32,000 nt of DNA from Candidatus Saccharimonadota bacterium (lineage in GTDB: Bacteria; Patescibacteriota; Saccharimonadia; Saccharimonadales; UBA4665). The number at the start of each line of letters is the position of its first letter. Position 1 is the stretch's first letter. Both the position numbers and the translations under genes were made by a program. Location: the NCBI GenBank assembly GCA_963716945.1, contig OY970322.1, positions 1,050,001 to 1,082,000 of the forward strand, in the 5' to 3' direction. Under the pieces are notes generated by a model. That model was not told the origin of the DNA, made no database searches, and saw nothing but the letters and a program-made list of their open reading frames with translations. This document shows positions 15,719-23,851 of the stretch, piece after piece.

Positions 15719-17920
15719 TTAGATTTTTTCCAGGGGCGCAAAGCTGATATTAAGCTTGCGCGTACCTTTGCCCTTGAAGTAAACGACCGCCGTGTCACCC
15801 TCGATTTCCATCACCGTACCCATCCCGAACACCTGGTGCCGCACTCCATCCCCCTCGTTCAGGTCGGGTACATAGCGAGGTTCACTAGCTGTAGCTGCCT
15901 GAGACATTGTCCCCTGTAGGCCGTGACTTAGGCCGTAAGGGGATGATGTCTCATGGCCCAGCAAGACAGGCGCCTCACGGCCGGAATCCTCAAAACTATT
16001 CGCTGACTGAAACTCCCCGTCAATCTCCGACAAAAATCGCGAAGGCGGATTATGCTGCATCCCGCCATACAGCAGCCGCCCCGAAGCATAGGTCATATAC
16101 AGCTCCTGCCGCGCCCGGGTCATACCGACATAGCACAGCCGCCGCTCCTCTTCCATCTCGTTCTGGTCATACAAAGCCCGCGAATGCGGCAGGATGGACT
16201 CTTCCAGCCCGGCCATGAAGACGACGGGGAATTCCAGGCCCTTGGCGGCGTGCAAAGTCATCAGGGTCACGGCGTCGCCGCTAAAATCGGCGCCGTCCAG
16301 ATCGCTGACCAACGCCACCTCTTCCAGAAAGCCGGACAAACCGGCCTCTTGGTATTCCCGTGCTACGCTGAGCAGCTCTTTGACGTTTTCTTGGCGGGCT
16401 TCGCCCTGCAGGCTGCCATCGTCCAGGTAATGCAGGTAGTCGATCCTCCTCAGCAGCGAGTCGATCAGGCCTGACACGCTGGCGTCTTGGCTGACTTCCC
16501 GGAGCGAATCCAGGATGTCACCCAGCTCGCCGAGCGACTGGCGCGCCTTGGGCGTCAGGTCGCCGCACTCGCCGGCTTGACGCAAAGCCTGCGACAGCGA
16601 CAACCCGCCGGCCTGCTGCCACGAGAAAAAGTTCTGCAAACTTTTGGCGCCGACACCCCTGGCCGGCACATTGACCACGCGCTCGAAACTGACCCGGTCA
16701 TCCGGCTGGAAAACCAAGCGCAAGTAAGCCATGATGTCCTTGATTTCCTTGCGGTCGTAGAAGCGCACACCGCCGACCACCCGGTACGGTACGCCGTAAT
16801 GCACGAAGGCCTCTTCGATCGACCGGCTCTGGGCGTTAGTCCGGTAGAGTACGGCGTAGTCGCCGTAATGCCGGCGGCCGCTGTCGATGCCCAGGCGGAT
16901 ACGGCGGATTATGGCCTCGCCCTCGGCCCGTTCGCTGCCGACCGCCAGCAGCTGGACCGGCAGGCCGTCACCGGAGTCGGTCCAGAGCTTCTTGTCGCTG
17001 CGCTGGGCGTTCTTGGTGATGACGGCATGGGCGGCATCGAGGATGTTCTTGGTGCTGCGGTAGTTTTGTTCGAGCTTGATGATCGTACAGTCTTTATAAT
17101 CTTTTTCGAACTTCAGAATATTGCGGAAGTCGGCACCGCGCCAACTGTAGATGCTTTGCCAATCGTCACCGACGACCGCAATGTTCTTGTGCTCATTGGT
17201 TAACATGTTAACCAATTGGTATTGGGCGGCATTAGTGTCCTGGTACTCGTCAATCATGATGTATTTGAACTGCTGCTGCCATTTCTTGCGGATTTCGGGC
17301 CGGGCTTTGAGCATCTGGACCGTCCGGTTAATCAGGTCGTCAAAGTCCAGTGCCGATGCCTCGCGCAGCGACCTCTCATAAGAGGGGTAAACCTTGGCGG
17401 CAGCTTGCTGCGCCGGCGTAGATGCCGAAGCGGCGTACTCGGCCGGATCCAGCATCTCGTTCTTGGCACTGCTAATCAGGCCGCTGAGCAAACGGGCCGG
17501 GAAGGCCTTCTCGTCGATCATCAGCTCTTTGCTGGCCCGCTTGACGGCAGCTTGCCGGTCGGATTCGTCGAAGATTACGAAACTGCGCGGAATACCGACC
17601 GCTTCCCCGTCCTGCCTGAGCAGCCGCACGCAAATGCCGTGAAAAGTGCCCATATAAGGCATGAAGCCGCGATTGTCGGCGTTCTCGCCCAGCAGGCCGG
17701 CCACCCGGCTGCGCATCTCTTTGGCCGCCTTGTTGGTAAAAGTCACGGCCAAGATATTAAACGGCGTGGCCTTGTGGGTGGCAATCAGGTAGGCGATACG
17801 GTGGGTCAGGGTTTTGGTCTTGCCGGAGCCGGCGCCGGCTTGAATCAGCAGCGGCCCTTCAGTCGTTTCCACCGCCCGGCGCTGTTCCGGATTTAAGCCC
17901 TCAAAGAGTCCTTCTAACAC
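15719..17920 (-). CDS. pcrA: ATP-dependent DNA helicase PcrA/UvrD (SF1)
   Basis: Walker A AGAGSGKT, DEYQDT, YRS, TLHAAKGLEF, YVGMTRA. GTG start, with TAGAAT 6 nt upstream. Confidence 0.92.
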   Translation of the reverse strand: MLEGLFEGLNPEQRRAVETTEGPLLIQAGAGSGKTKTLTHRIAYLIATHKATPFNILAVTFTNKAAKEMRSRVAGLLGENADNRGFMPYMGTFHGICVRLLRQDGEAVGIPRSFVIFDESDRQAAVKRASKELMIDEKAFPARLLSGLISSAKNEMLDPAEYAASASTPAQQAAAKVYPSYERSLREASALDFDDLINRTVQMLKARPEIRKKWQQQFKYIMIDEYQDTNAAQYQLVNMLTNEHKNIAVVGDDWQSIYSWRGADFRNILKFEKDYKDCTIIKLEQNYRSTKNILDAAHAVITKNAQRSDKKLWTDSGDGLPVQLLAVGSERAEGEAIIRRIRLGIDSGRRHYGDYAVLYRTNAQSRSIEEAFVHYGVPYRVVGGVRFYDRKEIKDIMAYLRLVFQPDDRVSFERVVNVPARGVGAKSLQNFFSWQQAGGLSLSQALRQAGECGDLTPKARQSLGELGDILDSLREVSQDASVSGLIDSLLRRIDYLHYLDDGSLQGEARQENVKELLSVAREYQEAGLSGFLEEVALVSDLDGADFSGDAVTLMTLHAAKGLEFPVVFMAGLEESILPHSRALYDQNEMEEERRLCYVGMTRARQELYMTYASGRLLYGGMQHNPPSRFLSEIDGEFQSANSFEDSGREAPVLLGHETSSPYGLSHGLQGTMSQAATASEPRYVPDLNEGDGVRHQVFGMGTVMEIEGDTAVVYFKGKGTRKLNISFAPLEKI

Positions 17921-17959
17921 CTTACTATTCTAACAGAGAGGCCGGCCCGAAACTGTTGT

Positions 17960-18862
17960 TTAGTTTGAGAAGAAATGGGTTAGCGGCTTGATGCCGCCCA
18001 GATGGATCAGACCGGCGTCAAGGGCGATATCGGCCCAAGCCACAATTAGCAGTAAGCTCAAAATAATACCGAGTATCACGAAACGGCGCGACCGCCGCTT
18101 TTCGACGGCATTTATAGGCAGGTAATACTTCTTGCTGTCAGTCAGTTTGTCGATGGCAGCCTGCCGCTGGGCCTCTTTGGTAGTCTCAGCCTCAAGTTTT
18201 TTGGCCATATCGTTTGATTGGGCTGATTCGGCAGTACCGCCTTCGGCCGGTTTGGCATCGCCGTTATCGGGAGACGGTACTTCCGTCTGGGCGGCGGCTT
18301 CGGTCTTGCCGGCCGGCGGCTGGGCATCTTTGGTTTTGGAGACGGCGGGGCCGTCATCCGGAGCGTCCGGCGGCAGACTGTCGTTAACGTTATCATCCGG
18401 CGTCTCAGGTGGTGTTGGCGGCGCCGAAAGTCCGGACGGTTCTGCCGTTTCCGGTGCTGGGGCTTCATCGCTTGAGGAGATCGAGTCCGCCGGCGCCGGC
18501 GGCTTATCGGCTGGCGCCGTGGCCGTATCGGCCGGTTTTGTAGGCTCGGCCGGTGTTTCTGCAGGTGACGGGTCTGCTTCGGAAGCGTGGTCCGGCTTTG
18601 CGTCTGCTTCGGCCAGAGCCGGTTCTTCGGTCTTTAGCAAAGGTGCTGTCAAGGGTTGTGCACCGGATTTATTGGAAACTTTGGCCAGCGAACTGTCGGC
18701 GTCACTATCATGCGGCGCGCCCTCGTCGACTACCATCGGGTCTTTCAAAAGCGGCCGGTTGCTGAGGATAACCGATTTCGAATTCGCCGGCGGCGCCGAT
18801 TTGCCAGGGTGGGCCACGTCCATAATGGTCTTGCCGCCGTCCGGTTTTTTGGGCTTAGCCAT
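17960..18862 (-). CDS. Pro/Ala-rich low-complexity protein with a C-terminal TM anchor, function unknown
   Basis: The ATG at 18862 overlaps the tpiA 3' end by 8 nt. The protein has a long acidic P/A/E/T-rich region followed by RRFVILGIILSLLLIVAWADIAL. Confidence 0.7.
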   Translation of the reverse strand: MAKPKKPDGGKTIMDVAHPGKSAPPANSKSVILSNRPLLKDPMVVDEGAPHDSDADSSLAKVSNKSGAQPLTAPLLKTEEPALAEADAKPDHASEADPSPAETPAEPTKPADTATAPADKPPAPADSISSSDEAPAPETAEPSGLSAPPTPPETPDDNVNDSLPPDAPDDGPAVSKTKDAQPPAGKTEAAAQTEVPSPDNGDAKPAEGGTAESAQSNDMAKKLEAETTKEAQRQAAIDKLTDSKKYYLPINAVEKRRSRRFVILGIILSLLLIVAWADIALDAGLIHLGGIKPLTHFFSN

Positions 18863-19646
18863 CACCTTCCTCTTTCGGATGCCTTAGGCGTTGGGCGGCT
18901 TCGACGATGTCCGAGAACTGTTGGTAATTAAGGCTGGCGCCACCGACCAGCGTACCGTCGCAGTCTTCAAGCGCCAGATAGCCGGCGGCCGTATCGCCGT
19001 CAACGCTGCCGCCATAGAGCAGACGCAGCTTGTCGGCGGCCTCATCGCCGTATAGTTCGCCGACCTGCCGGCGGATGAATTTCAGGATTTTCTGGATGTC
19101 GTCGGGCTTGGCTATGCCGCCGCCGGACGTACTGATAGCCCAGACCGGCTCATAAGCTATGACCAGGTTCTCGACCTCTTCGGCAGTCAGGTTGGACAGG
19201 GCCGTGACGACTTGGTCATGGACCCGCTGGCGGGTTTCCCCGGCGGCCCGTTCCTGGCCGGTTTCGCCGACGCATAGTATCGGCATGACGTCGTTGCGGG
19301 CCGCGGCCTGGACCTTATCACGTACCATTTCCAGGGTTTCACCGAAGTAAATCCGCCGCTCCGAATGGCCGACGATAACGTAATGGACCATGTCGCGCAA
19401 CATCGTGAAGCTGACCTCGCCGGTATAAGCACCTTCGTCCTTATAAAAGGCGTTCTGGGCCGCCAAGCGGAATTTATGGTGGTCGATTTCCAGGCTGACC
19501 GGTTGGAGCGCCAGGAAAGCGGGCGCCAGCACGACTTCTACGTCGCGGTGCGCGTCTATGCGGCCGTCGAGGCGCTTCACCAGCAGAGTGGCCTCCTGCG
19601 GATTGAGGTGCATCTTCCAGTTACCGACGATTAGGGTACGTTTCAT
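18855..19646 (-). CDS. tpiA: triosephosphate isomerase
   Basis: Motifs seen: VGNWKMH, VIVGHSERR, AYEPVWAIST, LYGGSV. Confidence 0.92.
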   Translation of the reverse strand: MKRTLIVGNWKMHLNPQEATLLVKRLDGRIDAHRDVEVVLAPAFLALQPVSLEIDHHKFRLAAQNAFYKDEGAYTGEVSFTMLRDMVHYVIVGHSERRIYFGETLEMVRDKVQAAARNDVMPILCVGETGQERAAGETRQRVHDQVVTALSNLTAEEVENLVIAYEPVWAISTSGGGIAKPDDIQKILKFIRRQVGELYGDEAADKLRLLYGGSVDGDTAAGYLALEDCDGTLVGGASLNYQQFSDIVEAAQRLRHPKEEGDG

Positions 19647-19667
19647 ACTGCTTACGTTAATTGTACC

Positions 19668-20951
19668 CTATTTCTTGTCAAGCAGGGCTTCGACGCCGGG
19701 CAACTTATGCCCGGCCAGGACCTCTAGGCTGGCACCGCCGCCGGTTGAAACGTGATCGAAACTGGCCGTCAGCTTGCGCGACTGGACATAACCGACGGTA
19801 TCGCCGCCGCCCACCACCGTAAACGGCTTGTGGCCAAACTCGCCAAGCAGGGCTTCGATAACGGTTTGGGTACCGTGCGCGGTCGGGCCGACCGGACCCT
19901 GCAGGCTGGTTGTTTCCGTAACGCCCATCGTACCGCTCCACACGGCCGTGTTGGCCAGCTGCGCCGCGCCGGCAATGAACGCAGCGCTGACCGGTCCGAT
20001 ATCGAGAATTTTTTCATGGGCATGGACCTGGCTAGCCGCCTGCGGCACATGGCCGGGATAGTGTTCTATGCCGGCGATGACGTGATTGTTGAGCTCCACA
20101 ATCCGCGTCGGGGCCTTGTCGTCAATTTCGGCGGCGACTACTACGTCGCGCGGCACAACGAATACGAACCGCCGTTTGGCGGCCTCGGCGGACGCGCGTT
20201 TCATGATGTCTTTAGCAACTTCTACTTCGGCTTTGTCATACAGGCTATCGCCTACGGCCGCGCCGTTAGCCACCAGAAAAGTATTAGCCATCGCTCCGCC
20301 TACGGCTATAATGTCGGCGATTTCGATGAACCGCTGCATGACGTCAAGCTTATCGGCGATTTTGGCGCCGCCGATAATGGCCATAAGCGGCCGTTCGGGC
20401 TGCTGCATGACTTGGGTCAAGATGTTCATTTCTTTTTCGAGCAGCAAACCAGCGACACTCGGCAGATAATGGGTGATGCCTTCGAGGCTAGCGTCGGCCC
20501 GGTGGTCGACGCCGAACGAATCATTGACATAAACTTCGGCCAGGCCGGCCAGCTGTCTGGCGAAACCGTCGTCATTAGCTTTCTCTTCAGGATGGAAACG
20601 GACGTTTTCAAGCATTAATATGCCACCCGTTTGCAAGCCGGCCGCAGCCTGCTGCACCGCTTCGCCGACACAGTCGGCTACGAACTCCACCGGCCGGTCA
20701 AGCAGGTGGCCCAGCCGTTTGGCTACCGGCGCCAGGCTCAAGGCCGGATCATGGCCCTCCGGACGGCCCAGGTGCGAACAGATAATCAGCTTAACGTCCT
20801 GGCTTAACAGATACTGGACCGTCGGCAAGGACTGTTTGATCCGATAGTCGTCAGTGATTTTACCGTCTTCGACGGGCACGTTATAATCGGCCCTCAAGAA
20901 GACCGTTTTACCCCTTAAATCTATGTCGCGAATTGTCTGTTTGGTAAACAT
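19668..20951 (-). CDS. pgk: phosphoglycerate kinase
   Basis: Motifs seen: LRADYNVP, SHLGRP, GGAKIADK, VVGGGDT. At 427 aa it is about 25-30 aa longer than typical Pgk because of insertions in the C-terminal domain. Confidence 0.92.
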   Translation of the reverse strand: MFTKQTIRDIDLRGKTVFLRADYNVPVEDGKITDDYRIKQSLPTVQYLLSQDVKLIICSHLGRPEGHDPALSLAPVAKRLGHLLDRPVEFVADCVGEAVQQAAAGLQTGGILMLENVRFHPEEKANDDGFARQLAGLAEVYVNDSFGVDHRADASLEGITHYLPSVAGLLLEKEMNILTQVMQQPERPLMAIIGGAKIADKLDVMQRFIEIADIIAVGGAMANTFLVANGAAVGDSLYDKAEVEVAKDIMKRASAEAAKRRFVFVVPRDVVVAAEIDDKAPTRIVELNNHVIAGIEHYPGHVPQAASQVHAHEKILDIGPVSAAFIAGAAQLANTAVWSGTMGVTETTSLQGPVGPTAHGTQTVIEALLGEFGHKPFTVVGGGDTVGYVQSRKLTASFDHVSTGGGASLEVLAGHKLPGVEALLDKK

Positions 20952-20960
20952 TTATCGGTC

Positions 20961-22394
20961 TTATTCTAGCATGCGCACCTTGATCGTGTCAGTAGTGCCG
21001 ACGACGCCCGGATAGCGCCCCGAAGCCGTGACGACAATATCGCCCTTGCGCAGCACCTTGGCTTTGCGCAGCCAGTCGGTCAGCTTGACGGCCGCCAAGG
21101 CGTCGGCCGGACGGACATAGCTTTTAGTGCCATAGACGATGGCAAGTTGCTGGGCGGTGCGCTCGTCACTGGTAACCGCAATTAGCGGGATGGCCGAACG
21201 GTGAGATGCTATTTGCAAGGCCGTGGCGCCGGACTTGGTCTCGGCCACTACCGCCGAAGCGTCTATATCTTCGGCCAGGTTAAGCACGGCGGCGCTGATG
21301 GCGGCCTGGCGGCTATGGTCTTCGTTGTCGGGGAAACTGACTTTCAGCGGCAAGTGACTTTCGGTATAAAGAATCACCCGCTTCATCGTCTCGACGGCTT
21401 CCAGCGGATATTTGCCGCTGGCCGTTTCATCGCTCAACATAACGCAATCGGCCCCTACCACCACAGCCGTGGCAATATCCGAGACCTCGGCCCGGGTCGG
21501 TTCCGGGGCGTCGTTCATGCTGGCCAGCATCTGGGTAGCGACAATCGTCGGCGTAGCATGGCGCAAGCCCAAACCGATAATCTGGCGCTGGACAATCGGC
21601 ACGCTTTCGGCCGGCGTTTCGACCGCCAAGTCGCCGCGGGCGATCATCACGGCGTCGCTTTCGAGCACGATATCCTCGATATTGTCGACTGCGGCTTTGG
21701 TCTCGATTTTGGCGATGATTTTGGCGCTGCTGTTCATACCCTTCAATAAATTCCTGAGGTTGGCGATGTCTTCGGCCGTCTGCACGAAACTAAGAGCCAC
21801 GTAATCGATATCCTGTGACGAACCGTAGACCAGGTCGGTCCGGTCTTTGGCCGTAATGATGTCGCCGCCAAAGTCGGTGTCCGGCAGGTTCATGCCCTTG
21901 CGCTTGATTAGAATACCGTCATTACCGGCCTCGGCGTAAACCACTCCCTCGCGTACGCCGGTCACGGTCGTATGTATCTTGCCGTCATAGAGGTAAATCC
22001 GCTCCCCGCGCTTAACTTTCTTGCTCAGGTCATACTGCGTCGGCAAATGCCCGCTGGCCGCGTAGTCAGCCCGGTACTGAAAACTCAGCCCCTGCCCTTT
22101 CTTGACGTTAACAATGCCGTCGAAATCCCCCAGCCGGATCTTCGGCCCCTGCAAATCCTGGATAATCGCCACCGGCTTGCCGTACTCGCGGCTGGCCTTG
22201 CGGACCCACTTGATCTGCCGCGTCCGTTCCTCGGTCGTGCCGTGGCTGAAATTCAACCGGATGCCGTTAGCGCCAGCCTTAATCAGCGCCAGAATCGCCT
22301 CATAGCTATCGCACGACGGCCCGACCGTAACGATGATCTTCGTCCGTTTGAAATGTTTTAGCGGCACTTGCGGTGCCGTGTCTGCCAAAGCCAT
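20961..22394 (-). CDS. pyk: pyruvate kinase
   Basis: Motifs seen: TKIIVTVGPS, NFSHGT, IAKIETK, MIARGDL, ATQMLASM. Confidence 0.92.
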   Translation of the reverse strand: MALADTAPQVPLKHFKRTKIIVTVGPSCDSYEAILALIKAGANGIRLNFSHGTTEERTRQIKWVRKASREYGKPVAIIQDLQGPKIRLGDFDGIVNVKKGQGLSFQYRADYAASGHLPTQYDLSKKVKRGERIYLYDGKIHTTVTGVREGVVYAEAGNDGILIKRKGMNLPDTDFGGDIITAKDRTDLVYGSSQDIDYVALSFVQTAEDIANLRNLLKGMNSSAKIIAKIETKAAVDNIEDIVLESDAVMIARGDLAVETPAESVPIVQRQIIGLGLRHATPTIVATQMLASMNDAPEPTRAEVSDIATAVVVGADCVMLSDETASGKYPLEAVETMKRVILYTESHLPLKVSFPDNEDHSRQAAISAAVLNLAEDIDASAVVAETKSGATALQIASHRSAIPLIAVTSDERTAQQLAIVYGTKSYVRPADALAAVKLTDWLRKAKVLRKGDIVVTASGRYPGVVGTTDTIKVRMLE

Positions 22395-22496
22395 GAATTT
22401 TTGCCCGCCTCCGCGTAAACGTTAGTGCTTGCCTATGAGTATATAACCCCTGGCCGACTAATACAAAAAAGCGCCGAAGCGCCTGGTAATTCGTGC

Positions 22497-22571
22497 TGGT
22501 GATCCCGCGGAGAATCGAACTCCGATTGCCAGGATGAAAACCTGGTGTCCTAACCATTAGACGACGGGACC
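22497..22571 (-). tRNA. tRNA-Glu (anticodon UUC), CCA encoded
   Basis: The minus strand reads GGTCCCGTCGTCTAATGGTTAGGACACCAGGTTTTCATCCTGGCAATCGGAGTTCGATTCTCCGCGGGATCACCA. It folds into a cloverleaf with a 7-bp acceptor stem, anticodon loop TTTTCAT and T-loop TTCGATT. Confidence 0.9.
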
Positions 22572-22622
22572 TCAAAAGGGCCGAATGATCTGCTCAATCT
22601 TACCATAACAGATAAGAAATGA

Positions 22623-22653
22623 AAATCCCCCACCGCCACCAGGAGGGGGATTT
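22623..22653 (-). terminator. probable terminator of the surface-protein operon
   Basis: aaatccccc (22623-22631) pairs with gggggattt (22645-22653), a 9-bp stem with a 13-nt loop. On the minus strand TTTCATTTCTT follows. Confidence 0.45.
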
Positions 22654-22760
22654 CCGAGGATTAAATTTTTGTTTTCTAGCTAGAGCGGTCAGTCAGTGCT
22701 CTTGTAACTGTTGGTAACCTTAGCACAAACTGCGAGTTTACGCTAGTGTTTATCCACAGG

Positions 22761-23816
22761 TTACTGACGGCTCAGGCGTCGGGTAAGCATCCGGCGGTAG
22801 ATTACCGTGCCGGCTGCCGTAGCGGCTGCGAACAGGCCTGCGACACTGCCGGGGCCGGTGTTAACCAGGGCCGTAGGCGCGGCCGGAGTGGCCGGGGTAG
22901 GCGGAGTCGTCGGAGGAGGCGTTACCTTAGGCGGCGTAGTGCTGCTGAAAGTAACCTGCTTCTGGCACTGCGGGCCGCCGGCGGTTACGTCGCCCTGCCC
23001 GTTAATCGTGAAGTGGGCGGTAGCGGTAACGGTGTAGGTGCCGTCCTTGGAGTACTGGTGGCTCTGGCCGACCGGGCTGGAGCTGTTCAGCGTGCCGCCG
23101 TCACCCCAGGTGATAGCCGCGGTGCTGAAAGCGGCGCCGTTAGTGGCAGTGGTGTCGAACTTGCTAACCTTAACCGTCCGGTCGCTCTCGGCCGTCAGCT
23201 CGAGATCGTTACAAGTGTAAGCCGGCGGCGTGGGCGGCTGAGGCACAACCGTTGCTTCGAACACGATCGTACCGGCGAAGTTGTTGGAAGGCTGCTCGTT
23301 CTGGTCAACGACGACACAGCTGTTACCGTTAACTACGCTGTTGGAAATAGTAGTGGTAACCCAGTCCGGGTTGGCGTTGGTGCCAATGTCGTGCTTCCAG
23401 GTAACACCGTCACTGGGAAGGAATTGCAGCTGGGTAGCATCACTGGTCGTAACGGTCGTGCTATCGGTAACGGTGCTGAAGTTGTCGCCTGAGACCGTGG
23501 CGCCGACCGTGTGAACGGTGGTAACGGTGTCGGGGATGCTGGCGCTAATACAGACGTTGTCGGCGTCCAGACCGCTGTCCGGCGACTCCAGGTTGTGGTA
23601 GTAAACCTCGAAGGCTACGACGTCGTTGTCTTTGGCGGTTACGCCGGCGTGGGTGAAGTTTACCCCTTGGGTTACGTTGCCGGCGTAGATGGCGGCTTCT
23701 TCTTGAATGTTAGCGGCCAGGGCACTGCCGGTCGCGAGCGTCAGGACACCGGTTACGGTGAGCAAGGCTGCGGCGCCGGTGGCGCTGAGTCGTTTGATGG
23801 TTCGTGTTAGCTTCAT
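22761..23816 (-). CDS. cell-wall-sorted surface protein with a PKD-like domain and an LVNTG sorting signal
   Basis: Signal peptide MKLTRTIKRLSATGAAALLTVTGVLTLATGSALA. PKD-like ITWGDGGTLNSSSPVGQSHQYSKDGTYTVTATAHF. A Pro/Thr linker precedes the C-terminus LVNTG + GSVAGLFAAATAAGTVIY + RRMLTRRLSRQ. AAGGAGA ribosome-binding site. Confidence 0.85.
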   Translation of the reverse strand: MKLTRTIKRLSATGAAALLTVTGVLTLATGSALAANIQEEAAIYAGNVTQGVNFTHAGVTAKDNDVVAFEVYYHNLESPDSGLDADNVCISASIPDTVTTVHTVGATVSGDNFSTVTDSTTVTTSDATQLQFLPSDGVTWKHDIGTNANPDWVTTTISNSVVNGNSCVVVDQNEQPSNNFAGTIVFEATVVPQPPTPPAYTCNDLELTAESDRTVKVSKFDTTATNGAAFSTAAITWGDGGTLNSSSPVGQSHQYSKDGTYTVTATAHFTINGQGDVTAGGPQCQKQVTFSSTTPPKVTPPPTTPPTPATPAAPTALVNTGPGSVAGLFAAATAAGTVIYRRMLTRRLSRQ

Positions 23817-23851
23817 CGATTTCTCCTTATATACTCACTCTTAATGGTTGT

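Noticed and set aside
17960-18862. SecG, expected downstream of tpiA
   Set aside because: The protein is 300 aa, mostly disordered and Pro/Ala-rich, with a single C-terminal TM helix. SecG is about 70-110 aa with two TM helices.
22306-22575. An 89-aa minus-strand ORF
   Set aside because: It spans the tRNA-Glu gene and the pyk upstream region. The tRNA cloverleaf explains the sequence.
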